A stretch of 64,000 nt of DNA from Patescibacteria group bacterium. Lineage in GTDB: Bacteria > Patescibacteriota > Minisyncoccia > UBA6257 > UBA9933. Positions within the stretch are counted from its first letter, which is position 1, and the number at the start of each line of letters is the position of its first letter. The notes beneath the pieces are model-generated. The model saw nothing but the letters and a program-made list of their open reading frames with translations. It was not told where the DNA came from and searched no databases. Shown here one piece after another: positions 19,542-27,973 of this stretch. Position numbers and translations under genes: made by a program. The stretch lies in assembly GCA_038065035.1 (NCBI GenBank), contig JBBTRV010000003.1, positions 346 to 64,345 on the forward strand, written 5' to 3'.

Positions 19542-20363
19542 TTATTGTTCAGTTCCGGTTGTTGTTCCCGAAACAGTTGAAGTTGCTGGCTGATTTAAAT
19601 CAACTTCAATTTCATTAATTTTCGGAATTTGAGCTAAAGTTATTGCCGCTTTTTTCACCGCTTCCCGGCTGGCAAAAATAGCATCTCTGACTTTTACGAG
19701 GTTGTCATGTAGCTCCTGTCTGGCTTTTCCAACATCCTGGCGTAATCCTGTTTCCGTAGTTATGGCAATTTTATAAGTTTTTCCGGCTTGTGTTGCAATC
19801 GCCTGACGGCTGGCGCTTATCGCGCTTTGGGCATTAGTAATCGCAGCCCTGACAGCAGAAACATCTATGCCCGAAACAGCGGCTTTATCAGCGCGGCTGC
19901 CAATATTACTTAAAATTTTTTCAAGCCGTTCCAAAACTTCAGAAAAATGATTTATCATCCCTTCGTTTAAAGCATCCATCCGATTGTCAATCCTTTCAAC
20001 CGCTTCTTTCTTACGCTCATCCTTGACTATCTTCAAGCGTTCTTTCAATTCTTGGCGTTTTGCTTCAATGACATTTTTCAATTCTACCCCTTTGGTTTCT
20101 ATCTGATTTTTAAATTCCATCCGCTTTTGTTCAATTGCATTCTTGAATTCATCCCTTTTTTGTTTTATCTGCTCAACTGTTTCAACTTTCTTTTGCTTTA
20201 TTTCTTGTATTATATTCTGTCTTGTATCAATAATAATGCCTTGCTTTGTATTCTGCCGAATATCAAGGACCCTATTTTTAACCGTGCTCGTTGGAACAGT
20301 TTGGGCGGAAACCGATGAAATTAAAAATAATGAAAAAATTATTAAAATAAAATGCTTGCTCAT
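19542..20363 (-). CDS. secreted coiled-coil repeat protein (signal peptide plus tandem EFKNxIExK-type repeats)
   Basis: 273 aa; signal peptide MSKHFILIIFSLFLISSVSAQ, then repeated KQKRDEFKNAIEQKRMEFKNQIETKGVELKNVIEAKRQELKERLK helices. Confidence 0.5.
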   Translation of the reverse strand: MSKHFILIIFSLFLISSVSAQTVPTSTVKNRVLDIRQNTKQGIIIDTRQNIIQEIKQKKVETVEQIKQKRDEFKNAIEQKRMEFKNQIETKGVELKNVIEAKRQELKERLKIVKDERKKEAVERIDNRMDALNEGMINHFSEVLERLEKILSNIGSRADKAAVSGIDVSAVRAAITNAQSAISASRQAIATQAGKTYKIAITTETGLRQDVGKARQELHDNLVKVRDAIFASREAVKKAAITLAQIPKINEIEVDLNQPATSTVSGTTTGTEQ

Positions 20364-20433
20364 TTAATAATTATATATTTTTATCACGGACAATCAAAGG
20401 GCTCTCCTTGTGGATAACTCAAAAATTCTTAGT

Positions 20434-21486
20434 TTATATTGTTAAATTGCCATTAGCTGTTAATCTTCTTTTTTTGCCTTTTAAATAATTGATATAACCG
20501 CTCGCTGCAACCATGGCGGCATTATCGCCGCAAAATCTCTTCGGCGGAAAGAATACGTTAATTTTCAATTTTTCATTTTTAATTTTTAATTTCAAATTTT
20601 TCTGTAAAGAAAAATTTGATGCCACGCCACCGGAAACCATAATTGACTTGGCGTTAAATTCTTTCGCGGCCCGCAGGGTTTTATTAATTAGAACTTCAAA
20701 CGCGGCTTGCTGAAAACTTGCCGCTACATCAGCTAAAAAATCTTTCTTATTTTTAGAATCTCTCATATAATACAAGACTGCTGTTTTTAATCCGGAAAAG
20801 CTAAAATCGTAATTTTTTTGGTTAAGCATCGGCCGAGGAAAATTTATCGCGCTATGATTTCCTTTCTTCGCCAGTTTTTCAATTTCCGGACCGCCGGGAT
20901 AAGGTAATTTTAATAATCTTGCAACTTTATCAAAAGCCTCGCCAACCGCATCGTCGCGCGTTTCTCCTATTTTTTTATAATGCATTAAATCTTTCATTAA
21001 TAATAATATCGTATGGCCGCCGCTGATAATTAAAGCAATCGCCGGAAATATATTAGAAATTTCTCTTTTTTGGTTCAACAAAAAAGAGTAGAGATGCCCT
21101 TCTAAATGATTTACACCAATTAGCTTGATTTCCTTATTCCCCCGTTTCTTGATTTCTTTATATACTTCTTTAGAAAAATTTATACCAGTCCACAATGCCG
21201 GCTCCAACCCCGGCCCAACCGTAACCGCAATTAAATCTAACTTAAGTTTACCAATTTTTAAATTTTTAATTTTTTCATAGAGTATCGGAAGATTTTTTAG
21301 ATGTTCTCTCTTCGCTAAATTCGGCACCACGCCGCCAAAAGGCGCATGAATTTTAATTTGTGAAGCTACAAGATTTTTTATAATTTCAAATTGGAGTCCG
21401 CCAACTGGCGGATTAATGCCACTTTTCGCTTCTACTAAAGCAATAGCAGTTTCATCGCAAGACGTTTCAATAGCTAAAATTTTCAT
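20434..21486 (-). CDS. tsaD: tRNA N6-adenosine threonylcarbamoyltransferase TsaD (Kae1/YgjD family); start likely MKILAIETS at 21486
   Basis: ILAIETSCDETAIALV..., metal-binding H..H, GGVASN. ORF extends to 21525; the internal start avoids overlap with the upstream gene. Confidence 0.9.
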   Translation of the reverse strand: MKILAIETSCDETAIALVEAKSGINPPVGGLQFEIIKNLVASQIKIHAPFGGVVPNLAKREHLKNLPILYEKIKNLKIGKLKLDLIAVTVGPGLEPALWTGINFSKEVYKEIKKRGNKEIKLIGVNHLEGHLYSFLLNQKREISNIFPAIALIISGGHTILLLMKDLMHYKKIGETRDDAVGEAFDKVARLLKLPYPGGPEIEKLAKKGNHSAINFPRPMLNQKNYDFSFSGLKTAVLYYMRDSKNKKDFLADVAASFQQAAFEVLINKTLRAAKEFNAKSIMVSGGVASNFSLQKNLKLKIKNEKLKINVFFPPKRFCGDNAAMVAASGYINYLKGKKRRLTANGNLTI

Positions 21487-21491
21487 AAGCA

Positions 21492-21773
21492 TTATATCAC
21501 CTCTTGCTGATAGCATTTCTCGCAATAGACTATCTCCAATCTGTCTGGCGAATAAGTAGTTTTAAATTCATTAGGGCAAGGTTGGTTTCCGTGGAAGTGT
21601 TTGATAGTGTTTTGATAGATTCCGTTATCTGATTGAGTTCCGGCGCATTGGCATTGTCTTTTCCAGAGTTTAAGAGGATTGCGTTGTTTTAATCTTTGGT
21701 AATGGCGGCAGTTGGGGCATAGTCTAGGCAAGGGTAGATTCATTTTTCGGTAGAAATCTAGTTCTTTTGGCAA
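21492..21773 (-). CDS. hypothetical Cys-rich (zinc-ribbon-like) protein
   Basis: 93 aa with CPNC...CQC...CP...CEKC spacing. Confidence 0.35.
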   Translation of the reverse strand: MPKELDFYRKMNLPLPRLCPNCRHYQRLKQRNPLKLWKRQCQCAGTQSDNGIYQNTIKHFHGNQPCPNEFKTTYSPDRLEIVYCEKCYQQEVI

Positions 21774-21802
21774 TTACATGTTTCTTGATTAATATTTTTA
21801 AA

Positions 21803-22009
21803 TTAAAAATATTTTTTCAAAAAATTCTCCGAATTTAAAATTCCAAACGGCAATTTTAAATCTCGCAATTTTTGATTGTTTAAAAAATCTTTTTTATCAA
21901 GGGTTATTAATGCTTCTGCTCCGCTTAATAAAGCGCCAAGCAAGATGGGAACATCTTTAGAAGATTTTGCCGCCGCAAAGAAAATATTGGCATCTAAAAA
22001 TACTTTCAT
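21803..22009 (-). CDS. truncated PIN-domain (VapC-like) toxin remnant
   Basis: 68 aa: PIN N-terminus MKVFLDANIFF fused to a C-terminal ...LITLDKKDF motif, with the middle of the fold missing (typical PIN is ~130 aa). Confidence 0.5.
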   Translation of the reverse strand: MKVFLDANIFFAAAKSSKDVPILLGALLSGAEALITLDKKDFLNNQKLRDLKLPFGILNSENFLKKYF

Positions 22010-22022
22010 TATTAATTAGGAA

Positions 22023-22223
22023 GCTATGATTTTAAAATCTTTTCTATTTTTTGTCTTGTTATTTTACTTACCTTATCTTCTTTCAAAAACTCTTGCATTC
22101 TTTTTGGAGAATAATCTTCTATTTCAAAAACCATTTCCGCCATTTTCTTGAAAAATTTCTCGTATAAAGCGGCTTTTTTTCTAAACTTTCATATTTAGTT
22201 TTTGATAATGTAATAACAGCCAT
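22023..22223 (-). pseudogene. putative antitoxin gene disrupted by frameshift in an A7 homopolymer
   Basis: ATG at 22223 reads MAVITLSKTKYESLEKK then shifts frame at gaaaaaaag (~22176-22183). With 8 A it would give a ~66-aa product ending 13 nt upstream of the PIN remnant. Neither piece reaches the 60-aa ORF cutoff. Confidence 0.4.
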
Positions 22224-22293
22224 AATCATTATATTATGATAAATAAATCGAAAAATCAAACCACTTCCGCCTGATAACAGGTATTTATTTTAT

Positions 22294-22599
22294 CTATTGA
22301 ATGCACTGCGACATATATTCCTTATACGCCCTATTAACGCGCCTAACATCAACAACCGCGATACACGGCAAGCTGTAACTATGATTCTGCATAATTAAAT
22401 CTTCAATCTGCTGAACTTTAGCTTCGATTGTTTTTATTAAAAGAACGGCTTCATCATCGTTTTTCACTTCATTTTCCCAGAAATAAATAGAATCAATCGG
22501 CCAGATATTAACACAGCTGGCGAATTTTTTCTCAACAATAAGTCTGCCGATTTTTTTGGCTTCTTCGCTGTTCTGACAAGTAGTATAAATTAAAACCAT
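22294..22599 (-). CDS. cutA: divalent-cation tolerance protein CutA
   Basis: 101 aa; ...LIYTTCQNSEEAKKIGRLIVEKKFASCVNIWPIDSIYFWENEV...AVLLIKT matches CutA1. Confidence 0.8.
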   Translation of the reverse strand: MVLIYTTCQNSEEAKKIGRLIVEKKFASCVNIWPIDSIYFWENEVKNDDEAVLLIKTIEAKVQQIEDLIMQNHSYSLPCIAVVDVRRVNRAYKEYMSQCIQ

Positions 22600-22604
22600 A
22601 TTTA

Positions 22605-24080
22605 TTAAACTATCGGTTCACCTCCTTTTTCGGCCTTTATATCAGAAGATTGCTCTGCGCGTTCTTCAGTTTTGGCAATTTGTTCAATTACCGGCTTTTC
22701 CGAAACGGTTCCGCCGCCGCTTATTAATGCATCTTCTTCTGATATTCTTTTTTTAACTTCCTCAACCGCTACGCAATAATTCTGATGGTTATATTCAAAA
22801 ATTTCGTTTTTATAAGAAAGGTGGGTTGCCGGAAGAATTTTTAAAGTCTCTGCGGAAAAAGGGTCGGCCATGCCGCCGTCAATCGTCATTTTTATATAAA
22901 ATTCCTGCATTCCAAGATTAATCATATCTTTGGCTTTAAAAACCGGCGTCATCTCCTTTTCAAAAGCCATTGCGTCGTCGCCGCCAAGCCGGAAAATTAC
23001 CATTGAAGCGACATTGCCCAAAAAAGTCGCCATCACCTGCGGTGAAAGCTGGGCGCGATATTGATGCGCAACCGTCAAAGCCAGGCCATATTTTCTCGCC
23101 TCGGTTAAAATATTAATAAAAGTGTCGGTAACAACATTATAAAATTCGTCAACATAAAAATAAAAATCTTTCCGCTCTTCTTCCTTCATGCTTGCCCGCG
23201 CCATGCCGGCCTGATAAATTTTTGTCACAAACATTGAACCGAAAAAACTGGAATTTTCTTCTCCTAGTTTTCCTTTTGATAAATTAATCAGCAAAATTTT
23301 CTGCTCATTCATTATTTTTTCAAGATCAATTTTATTTTCCTGCTGGCCGAAAATATAGCGGAGTAAAGGATTGGAAAGAAATTGTCCTAGTTTATTAACC
23401 AGCGGGATAATCGCTTCAGTATCGAATTTTTCTGACCAGTCCGCAAATTCAATCGCCCAAAATCTTTTTACCATCTCATCTTCAATATACTCCACAACCT
23501 TCTGGCGATAATTCCTATCAGTTAACAGCGAAATCATACCGCGCATTGTCGCGCCCGGATAATCCAAAAGCGCCAGACAAGTAAACCGAAAAACATGTTC
23601 CAATCTCGGCGTCCAATTGGCACCAAATTGCTTTTCCATAACCTCGATCAAGCCTTGTGTAACCTGATGCTTTAATTCCGGCGCCACATTTTTAAGCGGA
23701 TTAAAAGAAACCGGCCATTCGGTGTCTGAGGGATCAATCAAAACAACATCTTTTATTCTATGTTCCGGCACGAAATCCAAAGTACTGGCAATCACATCGC
23801 CATGAGGGTCCATCAAGCAAAGCCCATGGCCATAAGCAATATCCTGGCGAATCATCAATTCAAGCAATTTTGACTTGCCGACTCCAGATTTGCCGACAAC
23901 ATAAAAATGGCGCCTGCGGTCTTTTCTTTTAATGCCGAAAATAAGCCTCTTAGTTTCAAACTCAGATTCAAAATTCGTGCGGCCGAAAAAACAAACCTCT
24001 TTTGGGTCAACCTGGCCGTAAACCGGAAGGTCTGAAGGCGGCGGCGCATATTTAATTATTTTTACTTTGTCACTATTCAT
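22605..24080 (-). CDS. VirD4/TraG/TraD-like coupling-protein ATPase (FtsK/HerA superfamily)
   Basis: 491 aa; Walker A VVGKSGVGKS, Walker B FYFYVDEFYNV, conserved ...LTVAHQYRAQL... typical of type IV secretion coupling proteins. Confidence 0.7.
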   Translation of the reverse strand: MNSDKVKIIKYAPPPSDLPVYGQVDPKEVCFFGRTNFESEFETKRLIFGIKRKDRRRHFYVVGKSGVGKSKLLELMIRQDIAYGHGLCLMDPHGDVIASTLDFVPEHRIKDVVLIDPSDTEWPVSFNPLKNVAPELKHQVTQGLIEVMEKQFGANWTPRLEHVFRFTCLALLDYPGATMRGMISLLTDRNYRQKVVEYIEDEMVKRFWAIEFADWSEKFDTEAIIPLVNKLGQFLSNPLLRYIFGQQENKIDLEKIMNEQKILLINLSKGKLGEENSSFFGSMFVTKIYQAGMARASMKEEERKDFYFYVDEFYNVVTDTFINILTEARKYGLALTVAHQYRAQLSPQVMATFLGNVASMVIFRLGGDDAMAFEKEMTPVFKAKDMINLGMQEFYIKMTIDGGMADPFSAETLKILPATHLSYKNEIFEYNHQNYCVAVEEVKKRISEEDALISGGGTVSEKPVIEQIAKTEERAEQSSDIKAEKGGEPIV

Positions 24081-24084
24081 TTCT

Positions 24085-24609
24085 TTAAATAAGTTCTAAT
24101 TCCGCATCTAATAAATCTTCCATGCATTTATGGTAAATTGCGATAATCCTTCTGGCCTCTTCTTTGGAAATTTTATATCCCGCTTCATGCACGAGCCTAT
24201 TTCTAGTTTTGTGCGCCTCCCAAAGAGCGTCTAAATTGCTAAATTCTCCCGGATGAATTGATTTCATTCTTTCGCCCATGTCATGCCCCGAATGGCCATG
24301 CTCTTTTAAAATTTCATCTATCAAACTATCAGCTTCAATTATCGCCAAACGCAAATCTCTTTCGTCTCCGGATTTTATCACGGAAATTATTTTATCCCAT
24401 TTTTTATGGATATGCTCCCGATGCCGCATCACCGATCCCCTATATTTATTGCCTGAAAACAGATTTTTAAAAAAATTAATTGACGGAAGGAAGCTTAATG
24501 GCGGCCGGAAAGGCAAAGCTTTAGCACATAAATAAACAATTGCTAAAATTACAATCCCGATTCCGGAAATAAGGATAAATTTTAAATAAGGCAAAACCGC
24601 TCTAATCAT
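24085..24609 (-). CDS. hypothetical membrane-anchored protein (His-rich C-terminal domain)
   Basis: 174 aa; N-terminal TM, cytoplasmic domain with several H/E clusters. Directly downstream of the VirD4-like gene. Confidence 0.4.
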   Translation of the reverse strand: MIRAVLPYLKFILISGIGIVILAIVYLCAKALPFRPPLSFLPSINFFKNLFSGNKYRGSVMRHREHIHKKWDKIISVIKSGDERDLRLAIIEADSLIDEILKEHGHSGHDMGERMKSIHPGEFSNLDALWEAHKTRNRLVHEAGYKISKEEARRIIAIYHKCMEDLLDAELELI

Positions 24610-24639
24610 TGCATTTAATTATACCAGTTTTCGCCCTTT

Positions 24640-25266
24640 TTAAAACCCAATACCCTGGCCGGTAATCAGCCAGAAAATAAATTGGGCGATTGGCGGAAGA
24701 AGAAACATCGCCGCAAACAAAGCCACAAAAATTCCGGCAAAGCCAAGATTCATCACTGAATGCCAAATTTGAGGGAATAAATCATTTAAAACTTTTGAAC
24801 CGTCCAAAGGCGGCACCGGAATTAAATTGAAAAGCCCGAGAAAAATATTAACGTAAATTATAACCGTCAGAAATTCCAAAAAAATCGGCGGCAATCCGGT
24901 CCATAATAAAAGCCCTGGGGAAAATCTTAAAATCAAACCAATAATTATAGCGACTAAAAAATTCGCGGCTGGTCCGGCAATGCCAACTTTTAAAGAACCA
25001 TATTTCGGGTCTTTCAAATTATACGGATTATAAGGCACGGGTTTTGCCCAGCCGATAAAAATCCCGGAAGTTAACATTAGAAAAAGCGGAATAATAACTG
25101 TGCCAAAAGCGTCCAAATGAACTAAAGGATTTAAAGTAAGTCGGCCGGCGTCTTTAGCGGTTGAGTCGCCCAAACGATACGCCATCCAGCCGTGAGAAAA
25201 TTCATGAATTACGGCTGAAAAAATAATAATAATATATAAAAATAGTTTGAAAATAGCTTCATCCAT
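24640..25266 (-). CDS. site-2 protease family zinc metalloprotease (peptidase M50)
   Basis: 208 aa polytopic; HEFSHGWMA (HExxH) plus the downstream ...NPLVHLDAFG... motif. Confidence 0.75.
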   Translation of the reverse strand: MDEAIFKLFLYIIIIFSAVIHEFSHGWMAYRLGDSTAKDAGRLTLNPLVHLDAFGTVIIPLFLMLTSGIFIGWAKPVPYNPYNLKDPKYGSLKVGIAGPAANFLVAIIIGLILRFSPGLLLWTGLPPIFLEFLTVIIYVNIFLGLFNLIPVPPLDGSKVLNDLFPQIWHSVMNLGFAGIFVALFAAMFLLPPIAQFIFWLITGQGIGF

Positions 25267-25298
25267 ATTTCTTTATCAGGCAATCGCCATTATTTCAT

Positions 25299-25369
25299 TC
25301 GGGCTGCCGGGAATCGAACCCGGGCCGCACGCACCCCATGCGCGCACACTGCCATTATGCTACAGCCCG
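25299..25369 (-). tRNA. tRNA-Pro (anticodon GGG)
   Basis: Reverse complement CGGGCTGTAGCATAATGGCAGTGTGCGCGCATGGGGTGCGTGCGGCCCGGGTTCGATTCCCGGCAGCCCGA; anticodon loop ATGGGGT with G37; T-loop GGTTCGATTCC. Confidence 0.75.
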
Positions 25370-25373
25370 ATGA

Positions 25374-25556
25374 TTAAATCTTATGCAAAGTCCGCCGGCA
25401 TTTGGTGCACAATAAAATACGCTGGCCGTTAGGCAGTTTAGTCATTTGAAGATTGGGATATTTTCTTTTTAGCGGTGTGGGGTTGTAATTGCCGCGAAGT
25501 TTTTTTCTGCCTCCGCGCATAATTGACCCTTTTCCGCATTTTTTACATTGTCTCAT
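25374..25556 (-). CDS. rpmB: 50S ribosomal protein L28
   Basis: 60 aa; MRQCKKCGKGS...NPNLQ...CTKCRRTL matches the L28 pattern. Confidence 0.8.
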   Translation of the reverse strand: MRQCKKCGKGSIMRGGRKKLRGNYNPTPLKRKYPNLQMTKLPNGQRILLCTKCRRTLHKI

Positions 25557-25698
25557 AATAACGAAAAGAGCCCCAGCAGTTGGATTATCCCGGCTATTGC
25601 CAGGTGGGTAGACTCAACTCCGATTCGAAAATCGAAATACTGTTGCCTTCCCTTCTATACCAACTTGATCCGAGTAATCGCAGCCAGAGCTCATTGTA

Positions 25699-25726
25699 AT
25701 TATAAACGATTTTTAAAAAAATTCAA
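25699..25726 (-). promoter_or_regulatory. sigma70-like promoter for rpmB (TTGAAT-16-TATAAT), giving a ~135-nt 5' UTR
   Basis: On the minus strand: ttgaat ttttttaaaaatcgtt tataat, ~140 nt upstream of the rpmB ATG. Confidence 0.35.
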
Positions 25727-25731
25727 CCCCT

Positions 25732-26319
25732 TTAAAACATTATATCCTCCTCTGCTCTTTTATATTCATGAATTTCCTCCGGAGAAAACCAATATTCAAT
25801 TTCATGTATTGCTTCCTCCATAGTTTCCGAAGCATGGACGATATTATGAACAGACCTTTTGTCGGAATTCGCTAATGCCGGCGAATCAACGGAATAATCG
25901 CCGCGAATCGTTCCCATTTCAGCTAAATTGGGCAAAGTATTGCCGCAAAGTTTTCTTACCATATCTATAGCATGCACTCCTTGAACAATTATTTTTACTA
26001 ATGGTCCGGAGGTCATAAAATCAATTATCCATCCCCTCACCATCTTGCCTATCTCATCAGCATCGTTAGTGCCCAATTCTTTTATAGGATCCATTCCGTA
26101 TTTTTCATAAGTTCCAAGCGATTTTTTGCCCAATCTGTTAATCCATCCCGGATTTTTCGGATAATGTCCATCAATTTGTTCAGGCGTCGCCCAAATCATT
26201 TTTAAAGCGATTATTTTTAATCCTCTTTGTTCAATGCGGCGAATAATTTCTCCGGATAATCCCCTTTTAACTCCGTCAGGTTTTATTAAAACCAGAGTTT
26301 TTTCTTCTTTTAATTTCAT
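25732..26319 (-). CDS. ndk: nucleoside diphosphate kinase (with internal insertion)
   Basis: 195 aa; TLVLIKPDGV...GPLVKIIVQGVHAIDMVRKLCGNT...GTIRGDYS...NIVHASE... signature with catalytic His. Confidence 0.85.
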   Translation of the reverse strand: MKLKEEKTLVLIKPDGVKRGLSGEIIRRIEQRGLKIIALKMIWATPEQIDGHYPKNPGWINRLGKKSLGTYEKYGMDPIKELGTNDADEIGKMVRGWIIDFMTSGPLVKIIVQGVHAIDMVRKLCGNTLPNLAEMGTIRGDYSVDSPALANSDKRSVHNIVHASETMEEAIHEIEYWFSPEEIHEYKRAEEDIMF

Positions 26320-26329
26320 AAAACTTAAT

Positions 26330-27196
26330 CTACCACTTTTTTTTAAAAATGTTAATAGCGTTATTGTGGATTACTAATTTTATTATTCCATCAAAATCCG
26401 TACGGAAAATTTGAGAGCCAATATTGGCCAGCCTTGTCAATGTCTGAGTTGTCGGATGTCCATAACTGTTTTTACCGACTTCAATCACCGATATTTTAGG
26501 ATTTGTCTTTTTTAAAAATTCCTCGCCCGAAGAAAATTTCGAACCATGATGGCCGACTTTTAAAACATCAGCGCCGATATTAAAATTCTCAACCAGATAT
26601 TTTTCGATATTTTCTCCAATATCGCCGGTAAATAAAGCTCTAAAATTACCAATGCTTAATCTTAAAACTAAAGTGGTATCATTTAACTCCTTGCTCGCCA
26701 AAAATTCTTTTGGCGGCGAAAGAACGTCAAAAACATTATCCCTATACTTTATTTTATCGCTCTGCGCCAAAATAATTTTTAAAGCGCCGTTTTCTTTCAA
26801 GTTTTCTTTTATGGCATTTTCTAAATCTTTAAATGCCTTGGCTTCGCCCGCACGGCCGTTATAAATAAAAGCGCCGATTTTATAACGTTTTAAAACATCT
26901 ATCAGGCCGGCAAAATGGTCCATCTGCGGATGCGAAAGAATTATTAAATCAATATATCTGTCGGTTGGACTTAAAACGTCTGCTAATTCGCTTAAAATTT
27001 TCTTGTCCGGCCCGCCGTCAATCAAAACTTTAACATTGCCGGGCAAAATAACCATTTCACTATCACCTTGTCCGATGTCAAAAAAATAAACTTCTAAATT
27101 TTTATTCTGATTATTAAAAATAATCAGCGACCAGATAAATAAATCAAACGCCACTAAAAAAATAAAAAGAATAATTAAATGATTGCGATTAAGCAT
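26330..27196 (-). CDS. ComEC-family metallo-beta-lactamase domain protein (stand-alone, N-terminal TM)
   Basis: 288 aa; MBL motifs DIGQGDS, ILSHPQMDH, VGHHGSKFSS; resembles the C-terminal domain of ComEC/Rec2. Channel domain absent. Confidence 0.75.
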   Translation of the reverse strand: MLNRNHLIILFIFLVAFDLFIWSLIIFNNQNKNLEVYFFDIGQGDSEMVILPGNVKVLIDGGPDKKILSELADVLSPTDRYIDLIILSHPQMDHFAGLIDVLKRYKIGAFIYNGRAGEAKAFKDLENAIKENLKENGALKIILAQSDKIKYRDNVFDVLSPPKEFLASKELNDTTLVLRLSIGNFRALFTGDIGENIEKYLVENFNIGADVLKVGHHGSKFSSGEEFLKKTNPKISVIEVGKNSYGHPTTQTLTRLANIGSQIFRTDFDGIIKLVIHNNAINIFKKKW

Positions 27197-27248
27197 TATT
27201 CAAATTTTAAAACAAAAAACAGCCGTTTAAAAGACTGTTTTTTAAAAG

Positions 27249-27342
27249 ATAAACCAAGCTATTAGTGTTTCTGAAACCTAAACGGAAGCGCAGTCCCGCA
27301 GAGCGGGACGTGAGCGGATTGAAGAATACTAATAGCTTGGTT
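27249..27342 (-). ncRNA. structured intergenic element, copy 1 (16-bp outer inverted repeat enclosing a conserved ~60-nt core); putative 3'-UTR RNA motif
   Basis: Outer inverted repeat taaaccaagctattagt/actaatagcttggttta. Core in minus-strand sense: ATTCTTCAATCCGCTCACGTCC-[hairpin]-GGACTGCGCTTCCGTTTAGGT. Just downstream of the peroxiredoxin stop and followed by a T-run. Confidence 0.45.
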
Positions 27343-27350
27343 TAATAAAA

Positions 27351-27935
27351 TTAAATTTTGCCTACTAAATCCATTCCCGGCTTTAATGTGTCTTTTCCCG
27401 GTTGCCAGCTGGCCGGACAAACCTGACCATTATGCTCTTCAACAAATTTAGCGGCTTGCAATTTTCTTATAATTTCCGCGGTATTTCTGCCGATACTGTT
27501 ATCATGCAATTCATAAGATTTTATCACACCGTGCGGGTCAATAATAACGCTGGCGCGAAGCGATAGTCCGTCGTTTTCAAGGTAAGTGCCAAACGCTCTG
27601 CATAATCTTCCAGTCGGGTCCGCAATCATCGGATATTGAATTTTCTTGATTGACGGCGAATTATCATGCCAGGCCTTGTGCGTAAAAACCGTATCCGTTG
27701 AAACACTCATCACTTCCGCTCCTTGTTTCTTAAACTCATCATACAAATCAGCTGCTTCCGACAATTCAGTCGGGCAGATAAAAGTAAAATCCGCCGGATA
27801 AAACAATAAAACCAGCCATTTTCCGCTATAATCGGAAAATTTTATTTGTTTTGTTTCATTATTTTGAAAAATCTCAAATGAAACATCGGGAATTTTTTTT
27901 CCGACAATCGGCATTGATAAAATTTTTTCTTCCAT
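27351..27935 (-). CDS. peroxiredoxin (AhpC/TSA family, 2-Cys type)
   Basis: 194 aa; peroxidatic-Cys motif DFTFICPTEL and C-terminal resolving Cys ...GQVCPASW. Confidence 0.85.
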   Translation of the reverse strand: MEEKILSMPIVGKKIPDVSFEIFQNNETKQIKFSDYSGKWLVLLFYPADFTFICPTELSEAADLYDEFKKQGAEVMSVSTDTVFTHKAWHDNSPSIKKIQYPMIADPTGRLCRAFGTYLENDGLSLRASVIIDPHGVIKSYELHDNSIGRNTAEIIRKLQAAKFVEEHNGQVCPASWQPGKDTLKPGMDLVGKI

Positions 27936-27973
27936 AAATTTAAATTATAAGTTATTTTGATAAACAACGACCT

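Noticed and set aside
21492-21525. 33-nt overlap between tsaD ORF and the Cys-rich ORF
   Set aside because: Resolved by using the internal tsaD start at 21486 (MKILAIETS), where family homology begins.
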